64,000 bases of DNA from Candidatus Pacearchaeota archaeon (GTDB lineage: Archaea > Nanobdellota > Nanobdellia > Pacearchaeales > GW2011-AR1): the NCBI GenBank assembly GCA_018304145.1, contig JAGVWU010000001.1, forward strand, positions 144 through 64,143, read 5' to 3'. The translations under genes were made by a program, and so were the position numbers. Shown piece by piece: positions 46,663 through 55,139 of this stretch. The notes under the pieces were generated by a model. That model searched no databases, was not told where the DNA came from, and saw only the letters and a program-made list of their open reading frames with translations. Each line of letters begins with the position of its first letter. Within the stretch, counting starts at the first letter, position 1.

Positions 46663-47772
46663 TTATTTATTATCTGTTGCTGTAAGAAATTTTTTTAATG
46701 TTTCTCCTCTTTCTTCGGCTTTTTTAGAAAGAACTTCGGATAAAGCATTATTTTTCAATTGAGGTATTGCGATTTTTATTTTTTCTCCCATTTCAACTCT
46801 AATCATTTTATTTATAATGTCTTTTTCTATCATTGGTGCTTTACTATACATCGATATAATAGAATATTTGTTTTGTAATATATTGCCTCTATCTTCGTTG
46901 CATTTGATAAATTTACAGTTTAATCCATAATTTATATAATTTTTATAAACTGTTTCTTTTTCAACTAAATGCCAATTCATTAAATCTATGTTAAATAAAT
47001 CATTCCACTCTTCATAATTAAAATCTTTTTTCATTGAAAGTGGTATACTCATCTCTATAGATTTCAGATATTTACTCGAAGAAATTAAGAAATTAAGTGG
47101 GTTGTTATAACTTCTACCCCTTTCTTTTAATTCTTTAAGATATGCTCTTAAATCTTTGTCTTTATGACCAAAAAATGTATCATCATCTCCTTTTATTATT
47201 TCAGGTGTTATGAATATTTTATCATCCTTCTCTTTTAATGCCCAAAGAAATAAATTATATTTTATCTCTTTTGCCTTTGAAGTTATTTCAGTTACACAAG
47301 GTTTTTGAGTTGCTAAAACAAATTCTTTATCTATAATATCTCCAACTAAACTTTTATAAAAATCTAATATTCTCATTCTTCTACCCTCGATAGTATTAGT
47401 AATTTCTATATTCTCAACAACTTCTTTTGAATATTCTTTTAAACCATTCATAATAGAAATTGCATTATGTGCTGATACACCTTCTTTTACACTTATAAGA
47501 ATTATATTTTTATTTCCATATAATAAAATATCAAAATTCTTTTCTTTGAAAAAAAATAAGGGTTCTGTCCTAACAAATTTAATAGGAGAATCATTTGAAT
47601 TAAAAGCAAAAATAATTATACCAATATCATTTATTTCACTACGATTAACTGCTATCTGACTATGAATGCTTCCCTCATATTCTTTTGATAATTTAGCTCT
47701 CATATCATCAACTTTCTTTTTAAGAATAATCTTCATTTTCTTACTGTTCTCGGAATTTATTTTGGAACTCAT
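46663..47772 (-). CDS. hypothetical protein
   Basis: 369-aa ORF tightly coupled to its neighbours (2-nt spacing on both sides). No motif recognised. Confidence 0.45.
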   Translation of the reverse strand: MSSKINSENSKKMKIILKKKVDDMRAKLSKEYEGSIHSQIAVNRSEINDIGIIIFAFNSNDSPIKFVRTEPLFFFKEKNFDILLYGNKNIILISVKEGVSAHNAISIMNGLKEYSKEVVENIEITNTIEGRRMRILDFYKSLVGDIIDKEFVLATQKPCVTEITSKAKEIKYNLFLWALKEKDDKIFITPEIIKGDDDTFFGHKDKDLRAYLKELKERGRSYNNPLNFLISSSKYLKSIEMSIPLSMKKDFNYEEWNDLFNIDLMNWHLVEKETVYKNYINYGLNCKFIKCNEDRGNILQNKYSIISMYSKAPMIEKDIINKMIRVEMGEKIKIAIPQLKNNALSEVLSKKAEERGETLKKFLTATDNK

Positions 47773-47773
47773 T

Positions 47774-48829
47774 TTAGTATATTATCTTTGTCAATTGGTC
47801 TATTTTTTCAGTAAGAAATCTGTGAAATCTTACTATAGAAACAAAACTTGATTTATATTTTGGGATAATTGTAAATCTCTTTCCGTCTGAAGTCATTGAA
47901 AATATATTTCCTTTCTGTTCATCAACAACATTTGAACTAAAAATAACCGAACCCTCTTCTAATTTAGTATTGTAAACACTAAAATTATTTTTTTCCATCA
48001 CTGTTAAAAACTCACGAAATTCTTCAAATGAAATGTCTTTTTCTATTTCAAAAATCACCTGTTTAGTTTCAAGAATTTCTCTACCATTTTCTTTTTTAAT
48101 ATCCATTTTTGCACTTTCCATCTCTTGATTATCTTTTATGACCATTTCTATAAATCTTTCAATAATATTATTCAAAAAATCCTCTACTTTTCCATAATAT
48201 AATGTATAATACCCTCTCTTGTTTATTTTGAATTTAAATGAATTTGGAATAACAAACTCGATAGCTTGTGGGAGAACACCATATACAAATCTCATTTCTT
48301 CAAAAGCTGTTTTGGCATCATCTCCTGTATATTCTATATCTCTATAGAACATAGGTCTCTTACATTCCTGTTTACCCATGTCCACTTTTTTACCGTGGAA
48401 GTAAGTCATATAACTTCCTTCAATCTTTAATATAATATCCTTCAAGTTATCAAAATAAGAGGGAGGTAGCCATAAATAGTATACATTTGGAATATTGTCT
48501 ATAATTCCAAATAGAGTTCTATACAAATCACTAATTCCATTAAAAGTGAAGATAAAATAAATTTCTTTATATTTTGAATGCCTTAATAAGTAATAATCTA
48601 CTTCACGGTTCTCTTTATGTAACTGATATATTTTTGAAAAATGAATTATTTCTCCAAAGGAGGAATTATCTATTATAAATTCATTTTCTTCTAATTTCTC
48701 ATAAATTGAATCTAATTCATCATTTAAAAAAATAGTAATTATTTGTAAATTTTTATTATTATCCTTTAAAGTATCATTACAAAGACCACAGAATGAACTT
48801 GCAGAATATTTTTGAATTGGTAATTTCAT
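47774..48829 (-). CDS. hypothetical protein
   Basis: 351-aa ORF, first gene after hsdR (100-bp gap). No motif recognised. Confidence 0.45.
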   Translation of the reverse strand: MKLPIQKYSASSFCGLCNDTLKDNNKNLQIITIFLNDELDSIYEKLEENEFIIDNSSFGEIIHFSKIYQLHKENREVDYYLLRHSKYKEIYFIFTFNGISDLYRTLFGIIDNIPNVYYLWLPPSYFDNLKDIILKIEGSYMTYFHGKKVDMGKQECKRPMFYRDIEYTGDDAKTAFEEMRFVYGVLPQAIEFVIPNSFKFKINKRGYYTLYYGKVEDFLNNIIERFIEMVIKDNQEMESAKMDIKKENGREILETKQVIFEIEKDISFEEFREFLTVMEKNNFSVYNTKLEEGSVIFSSNVVDEQKGNIFSMTSDGKRFTIIPKYKSSFVSIVRFHRFLTEKIDQLTKIIY

Positions 48830-48929
48830 TTTATTTTGACCTCTCTCAAACTGAATGTAATACTTTTTTATACTTTTTTGCTATTTATTCACTCACATAT
48901 AATAGTAAAATTATGCTCTTTCACACGTT

Positions 48930-51923
48930 TTACTTTTTATTCAGCCTCTTGTACACTTTATCTAGCATCCAGTCTTTGACAGTTTCTGCAAAATCTTTGT
49001 CATCCATTATTTTCTTAAATATGTCTTGATTTTGCTCCATACGGTCTATAACCTTATTGATAAATACATCTTGAAAACCATATTTAAAGTTCTCAACAGA
49101 ATTTGTTTTTGCTTGTTTTGAAAGTTTTTCGTCAGCAACAAGTTCTTCTTCAATTTGGTCAAAAAATAGTTTATCTGCTTCTGTAAAATCTGTTCCAAAC
49201 CTTTCATTTAAAATCTTAATTATTTCTGAAAGTTTTGCATATTCTTCTTTTTCTTCTCTTACCCCTGCAGTATTAAGTGGTTTTAACCATCCTTCTTTTC
49301 CTTTTTCTAGTGATATACTTCCCTCATTTATTTTTTGAAGTCTGTAATATTCTAATGCAACTTCATCACCAAGTTTAAATCTTTCAGATAAATCTTTTCT
49401 AGGCAGTTTATTTACTAATAATCTTCCATAAGCATAAAACTTTTCTAAATCACTGTCTTGAAAAGGCATAATTTGGGATAAAAAAGAATATACTCTTAAG
49501 AAAACAGTCAACATATGTTTAAATTCCTCTTGTTTTTCTGTTTTATCTATTGCTCTAAATCTTGAAACTGCTGGGTCTATATACGAGTTTAATAATGAAT
49601 GGTCTTTAATTGATTGATATTTTGCTGATTTAAAAAACACTTTACAGAAGTTTTCGACATCTAACTTATCAATAACCCCTCTTTCTTCTATCTTATATTT
49701 TAAGTCATAGAGTTTATTTGGGTCTGTTGTTTCTTCAAGGAGTGTAATCTCATAATAGGGTTGGAAAGCATTAATTATATCTGAATCATCATTTACAAAA
49801 TCTAAAATAAAGGTATCTTCTTTTCCCGGACAAGTCCTATTTAATCTTGATAGAGTTTGAACTGCTTTTATTCCTGATAACTTTTTATCCACATACATAG
49901 TATGCAGAAGTGGTTGGTCATAACCTGTTTGATATTTATCAGCAACTAACAATAATTGGTATTCATTAGTATTAAATTTATCAGGAAGTTCTTTTTCACC
50001 AAACTGATTCATTTTTGGTTCTGTATATTCTTTTCCATCTTTTACTATTCCTGAAAATGCAACAATAGCCTTGATGTCGTTATATTTATTCTTTTTAAGA
50101 TAATCATCAAATTCTCTCTTGTACCTAACTACGTGAAGCCTTGAAGGAGTAATAACCATTGCTTTTGCCTTACCTCCAATTTTTTTCATTGTAACTTGTC
50201 TAAAATGCTCTATCATAACTTCTGTTTTTTGTGCGAGATTATGAGGATGTAAAGCAACAAATCTTGCTATCGCTCTTTTTGCCTTTTTCTTGTTTATTTT
50301 TGGGTCATCTTCGATTTGTTTGGATAATCTAAAGAAAGTTTGGTAGGTTGTATAATTTTTAAGAACATCTATAATGAAACCCTCTTCTATTGCCTGCCTC
50401 ATAGAATATAAATGAAATGGTTCTGGCTTTCCAGTTATTTTGTTTTTAACACCAAAAATTTCAAGGGTTTTTGCTTTTGGTGTTGCAGTAAATCCAAAAA
50501 AACTTAAATTTTTATGCATCCCTCTTGCTTCCATAGATTTTCTTATTTCATCTTCTGTATCTACTTGTTTTTCTAGTTCTGTTGAATCTTTTTTTATTGC
50601 TTCATCAAAATCTTTATAACTCAAGACTTCTTTCATTTTTTTAGATGCCTCTCCACCTTGTGAAGAGTGTACTTCATCTATAATCAGAGCATAATTTCTT
50701 TTTGGAAGTTCACCTATTGTTTCAATAATATAGGGGAATTTCTGTAAGGTTGTTATAATAATTTTTGTTCCAGACTTTAATGCTTCAGATAGTTGTTTGG
50801 AATTTTTATCTATTTTTTCAACTACTCCTTTTTTATGCTCAAACTGATAAATAGTATTTTGAAGTTGTTGGTCTAAAACTAATCTATCAGTAACTACAAT
50901 AATTGAATCAAATACAGGTTTGTCTTTTTTATTGTGCAAACTTGATAATCTATAAGCAAGCCACGCAATAGAATTACTCTTGCCACTTCCTGCTGAATGT
51001 TGAATCAAATAGTTTTTTCCAGTTCCATTTTCTTTTGTATCTGCCTCTAATTTTAGAACACAATCTAATTGATGGTAACGAGGAAAAAGCATTGATTCTT
51101 TTTTTATTGTTTTTCCTTCAATCTTAAATTCTTCAATTTGGATGTGCATAAACCTTCCAACAATATCCATAAAACTATCTCTCTCTAAAATTTCTTCCCA
51201 TAGATAAGAAGTTTTGTAACCTTTGGGATTTGAGGGATTTCCAGCACCATTTTCAAAGCCCTTATTAAATGGCAAGAACTTAACATCTCCTTCAAGTTTT
51301 GTTGTTAAAAAAATATTATCTGTATCAACAGCAAAATGAACTAATGCTCTTTTCTTAAACTGGAATATTAATTCATTGGGGTCGCGATCTTCTTTGAATT
51401 GTCTTTTTGCATTTTCAACATCTTGTCCTGTAAATTGATTTTTTAATTCAATTGTAGCGATAGGCAGTCCATTAATTGAAATCAACATATCAAGAGAATT
51501 TTCATTCTTCAAGCTGTATTTTACCTGTCGTGTCAAGGTCAACTTATTCATCTGATATAATTTTTCTGTCTGGGGATTTAACCCACTCGCAGGTCTAAAA
51601 AAAGCAATCTTAAATCTTACCCCATAATCAATAATTCCATTTCTTAAAACATCAAGTGTACCTCTGCTATCAAGTTCCTTAACTAATCTTTGTAAGAATT
51701 TTGTTTCAACATCTACTCTATGAATACCAGATAGTTTTTTCCATTCATTTGGTTGACTTTCTTTAATAAAAGAAAAAAGAACATTTGTATCCAATGCAAT
51801 TTCTTTATTGAAATCTTTTGCATTTCCTTTAAGAAAACCACCTTTATCTTTACCTGTTAAAAAATCCTCTATAGCTGTTTCAAAAGCTTTTTCATTTGTT
51901 ATTGACACCATCTTTTTATTCAC
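48930..51923 (-). CDS. hsdR: Type I restriction enzyme R subunit
   Basis: SF2 helicase motif I QHSAGSGKSNS and motif II IIDEVH. 997 aa. N-terminal nuclease region. Overlaps the hsdS 3' end. Confidence 0.85.
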   Translation of the reverse strand: MNKKMVSITNEKAFETAIEDFLTGKDKGGFLKGNAKDFNKEIALDTNVLFSFIKESQPNEWKKLSGIHRVDVETKFLQRLVKELDSRGTLDVLRNGIIDYGVRFKIAFFRPASGLNPQTEKLYQMNKLTLTRQVKYSLKNENSLDMLISINGLPIATIELKNQFTGQDVENAKRQFKEDRDPNELIFQFKKRALVHFAVDTDNIFLTTKLEGDVKFLPFNKGFENGAGNPSNPKGYKTSYLWEEILERDSFMDIVGRFMHIQIEEFKIEGKTIKKESMLFPRYHQLDCVLKLEADTKENGTGKNYLIQHSAGSGKSNSIAWLAYRLSSLHNKKDKPVFDSIIVVTDRLVLDQQLQNTIYQFEHKKGVVEKIDKNSKQLSEALKSGTKIIITTLQKFPYIIETIGELPKRNYALIIDEVHSSQGGEASKKMKEVLSYKDFDEAIKKDSTELEKQVDTEDEIRKSMEARGMHKNLSFFGFTATPKAKTLEIFGVKNKITGKPEPFHLYSMRQAIEEGFIIDVLKNYTTYQTFFRLSKQIEDDPKINKKKAKRAIARFVALHPHNLAQKTEVMIEHFRQVTMKKIGGKAKAMVITPSRLHVVRYKREFDDYLKKNKYNDIKAIVAFSGIVKDGKEYTEPKMNQFGEKELPDKFNTNEYQLLLVADKYQTGYDQPLLHTMYVDKKLSGIKAVQTLSRLNRTCPGKEDTFILDFVNDDSDIINAFQPYYEITLLEETTDPNKLYDLKYKIEERGVIDKLDVENFCKVFFKSAKYQSIKDHSLLNSYIDPAVSRFRAIDKTEKQEEFKHMLTVFLRVYSFLSQIMPFQDSDLEKFYAYGRLLVNKLPRKDLSERFKLGDEVALEYYRLQKINEGSISLEKGKEGWLKPLNTAGVREEKEEYAKLSEIIKILNERFGTDFTEADKLFFDQIEEELVADEKLSKQAKTNSVENFKYGFQDVFINKVIDRMEQNQDIFKKIMDDKDFAETVKDWMLDKVYKRLNKK

Positions 51924-53250
51924 TCCTTAAATCAATTTTACCTGTGACTGCCTCGTATATCAATGAAGTCTTATACTCATTTAATAGCTCTATCTCTTTT
52001 TCTATTTTACTAACGGTTTTATCTATTTTAGAGGTTTCGGTTTCAATGTAATATACAATTTGTTGTTGCTCTGGAAGGGGTGGAATAGGAATAAATATCT
52101 CTTTAACATTACTGCTATTTAAATGTGGATGGAGAGCTCCTGTTTGTATAGATTTTAAACTATGAAATCCAAAATTAGAATTTAAAAGAAAGGAAAAGAA
52201 TTTGCTATTAATAGTCTTTTTAGGTGTAATTAAAATAAGTGCGTGGCAATTACAACCTACAAATTCTTCATTTACTACTGCTACTTGACCAATATCCCCA
52301 GTTTGTACAATTAAAATATCATTTTTTTGTAAAATAGACCTTGAATGTTCATTTGACCATTCTTCAGAAACATAATAAGGATGATTGAATATAATTTGAT
52401 TGTTTTTAATATGCAATGATTGTATATATCTTATTCCCTTATCTTTTAGAATGTCTCTCGTTGGACCAACATAACCATTTGTAATTTTATCGCAAATCCT
52501 ACTAATTATTGAAGTTTCCCACTTTTCAGGTATAAATCCAATCCATTCTATTCCTGAATCTTTCATTTTTGCTTTTGTATTAATACCTTTTGTTACAGAA
52601 TTATTAATTAAAGATTGTCTTTTTTCTTTTAATAATTCAATTAATTTTTCTTTTTTAGAAACTAATTTTTCAATAAATAAAGTATATTTATCAAGATATT
52701 TTGATATTATTTCTTGTTCTTTAAGTGGAGGTAATATTACCAAAGCATTTCTAAATTCATCTCTACCCAAAATTTGTCTTGTAGTTCCCTTACAATTAGC
52801 AGAAAAATAAAAAAGAACATTAGGATTATTACACAAATATTTTTTATAAGAATGATTGACTTCATTTTTAAATTCAAATCTTAAAACGTGATAACTAAAT
52901 ACAGTATTGGGTAATTCACAATCAATAACAGCTGATAGTCCAATATCTATTTCTGTTTCAGAACTGGGGGTAAATATTAAATCTCCTTTTTTAACAGGAT
53001 GTTTTTCTTTTTGTTCTTCTGATACAGAAACAACCATATATTCCCTTTTATCATCTAAAACTTTATCCTTATTTCCATAAATATTCATATAATTAATCAT
53101 TTTTACTAACGGTTGATTGGGCAGTGTTTTTTTATCTATACCACTGGATGAAAATTTACCAATATTTCCTAATCTTGTCACATCCCAATCTTCAGGTATT
53201 TTTCCAACCCAATTAATTAAAGAATCCTTGTATTTTGGATATGGTTTCAT
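51916..53250 (-). CDS. hsdS: Type I restriction-modification specificity subunit
   Basis: Two target-recognition halves, each followed by a conserved LPPL(K/P)EQ(E/Q)xI repeat. N-terminal INWVGKIPEDWDV is typical of HsdS. Confidence 0.75.
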   Translation of the reverse strand: MKPYPKYKDSLINWVGKIPEDWDVTRLGNIGKFSSSGIDKKTLPNQPLVKMINYMNIYGNKDKVLDDKREYMVVSVSEEQKEKHPVKKGDLIFTPSSETEIDIGLSAVIDCELPNTVFSYHVLRFEFKNEVNHSYKKYLCNNPNVLFYFSANCKGTTRQILGRDEFRNALVILPPLKEQEIISKYLDKYTLFIEKLVSKKEKLIELLKEKRQSLINNSVTKGINTKAKMKDSGIEWIGFIPEKWETSIISRICDKITNGYVGPTRDILKDKGIRYIQSLHIKNNQIIFNHPYYVSEEWSNEHSRSILQKNDILIVQTGDIGQVAVVNEEFVGCNCHALILITPKKTINSKFFSFLLNSNFGFHSLKSIQTGALHPHLNSSNVKEIFIPIPPLPEQQQIVYYIETETSKIDKTVSKIEKEIELLNEYKTSLIYEAVTGKIDLRSE

Positions 53251-53251
53251 T

Positions 53252-54973
53252 TTATTTAATGATTTCTTTCATCATACCTTCAGTTTGTTTTTCTAATTCT
53301 AAAATATCTTTCTTTATTTGTTCAAGAGTTCTTAAAGGTTTAAATTCGTAGAAATATTTTGTAAAGCTTATTTCATATCCTTTTCTTGTTTTTGTTTCAT
53401 CAATCCAAGCATCAGGATTATAGGGTAAAACCTCTCTTTCGAAATACTTTTTTATATCTTCTTTAAGAGGAACATTTTCTGTATCTCTTAAATCTGAGTC
53501 TGATTTAGGTTTACCATTTTTATCTTTAACGACCTTCCCATTTTCAATCAAAGGTCTTTCAACTGTAATTTGCCAATATCCAAAATCCTCATTATCAAAA
53601 ATCTTACAATATTTATTTTCCTTGAAATCTCCATAGATATTTGTTATTTCTTCAATATGATTTTTTCCAATCTCATTTCTTTTGTTGCCTAAACTTTTTT
53701 TCATCTTATTATAAAAACTAATAGCATTAATCAATTGAACCTTTCCTTTTCTTTCTTTAGGTTTCCTATTTGTAACAATAAAAACATAAGTAAAAATCCC
53801 AGTATTATAGAAAAGTTGGTCAGGCATAGCAATAATTGCTTCAAGCCAGTCATTTTCAATTATCCATTTTCTTATATCACTTTCCCCACTTCCTGCACCA
53901 CCTGAAAATAATGGAGAGCCATTAAAAACAATACCAATTCTTGAACCACTATTTGAAGGTTTCATTTTAGAAATCATATGTTGCAAGAATAATAAAGAGC
54001 CATCACTGATTCTCGGAAGTCCTGCACCAAATCTTCCCTCAAATCCATTTTCTTCATACTCATTTTTAATCTGCTTTTCAACTTTTTTCCATTCAACTCC
54101 GAAAGGTGGATTTGAAAGCATATAATCGAACTTTTCATTTATTAACCCATCATTTGAAAAAGAATTTCCAAGAATAATATTTGACATATTCTGCCCTTTA
54201 ATTAACATATCAGATTTACATATAGCATAAGATTCAGGATTAAGTTCCTGACCAAAAACCTCAAGTCTTGAATCTGGATTAAATTCACGCAAATATTCTT
54301 CTGCAATGGATAACATTCCACCAGTTCCACAGGCAGGGTCATATAGCGTCTTGACAATTCCTTCTTTGGTAAGTATATCTTTATCATCCATAAACAAAAG
54401 ATTAACCATAAGTCTTATTACCTCTCTAGGTGTAAAATGCTCTCCTGCTGTTTCATTAGATAGTTCTGAAAACTTCCTAATCAACTCTTCAAAGATATAA
54501 CCCATCTGAATGTTGTTAACCTTACTGGGATGTAAATCAATTTCAGAAAACTTTTGTATAATCAGGTAAAGCAAGTCTGCCTCATCTAATTTGTTGATGT
54601 GTTCTTCAAATCCAAAGTGTTCTATTATCTCTCTTGCATTATCTGAAAATCCGTTTATGAAATCTTTAAGGTTTGCGGCAATATGTTCAGGGTCGGATTT
54701 AAATTTTTCAAAAGTGAACTTGCTCTTGTTATGAAAGTTTAACCCTGCAATGTTGTTCAATACTGGGTCTATGTTTTGAATTTTCTTTTCTTTTATTTTT
54801 GGAAGATAATCCAAGACCTTTTGTTTGGTTGGTTCAAGAACACAATCCAGCCTTCTTAAAATTGTTAGGGGAAGAATTACTTTGCCATAGTCTGCCTGTT
54901 TATAATCACCTCTTAATAAATCTGCAACACTCCAGATAAAGTTCGCTAAATCATTTACTTTTATTTGTTCCAT
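53252..54973 (-). CDS. hsdM: Type I restriction-modification N6-adenine DNA methyltransferase subunit
   Basis: N-terminal HsdM domain (FIWSVADLLRGDYK), SAM motif I DPACGTGGML and catalytic NPPFG. Start placed at MEQIKVNDL. The upstream ORF start at 55039 is less likely. Confidence 0.85.
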   Translation of the reverse strand: MEQIKVNDLANFIWSVADLLRGDYKQADYGKVILPLTILRRLDCVLEPTKQKVLDYLPKIKEKKIQNIDPVLNNIAGLNFHNKSKFTFEKFKSDPEHIAANLKDFINGFSDNAREIIEHFGFEEHINKLDEADLLYLIIQKFSEIDLHPSKVNNIQMGYIFEELIRKFSELSNETAGEHFTPREVIRLMVNLLFMDDKDILTKEGIVKTLYDPACGTGGMLSIAEEYLREFNPDSRLEVFGQELNPESYAICKSDMLIKGQNMSNIILGNSFSNDGLINEKFDYMLSNPPFGVEWKKVEKQIKNEYEENGFEGRFGAGLPRISDGSLLFLQHMISKMKPSNSGSRIGIVFNGSPLFSGGAGSGESDIRKWIIENDWLEAIIAMPDQLFYNTGIFTYVFIVTNRKPKERKGKVQLINAISFYNKMKKSLGNKRNEIGKNHIEEITNIYGDFKENKYCKIFDNEDFGYWQITVERPLIENGKVVKDKNGKPKSDSDLRDTENVPLKEDIKKYFEREVLPYNPDAWIDETKTRKGYEISFTKYFYEFKPLRTLEQIKKDILELEKQTEGMMKEIIK

Positions 54974-55110
54974 ACCCAAACACCTATTATTATTACTATA
55001 ATAGGTTCTATTTAAAGTTATTTTAGACCATTTAGCCACCTAGTGCAAAGCTTTGCTTCTTATGGCGGCTTTTTTATATTTTTTGTTAATTTTATATTAT
55101 ATAAAATGGA

Positions 55111-55139
55111 AAAGCCACCTAAAAAGCTTGGTGGCTTTT
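55111..55139 (-). terminator. intrinsic-terminator-like hairpin (GCCACC-N-GGTGGC followed by T-run) directly after the VirB4-like gene stop
   Basis: AAAAGCCACCTAAAAAGCTTGGTGGCTTTT. On the minus-strand RNA the stem is followed by a U-run. A second related hairpin (AGCCACC...GCAAAGCTTTGC...GGCGGCT + T6) lies at 55042-55086. Confidence 0.5.
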
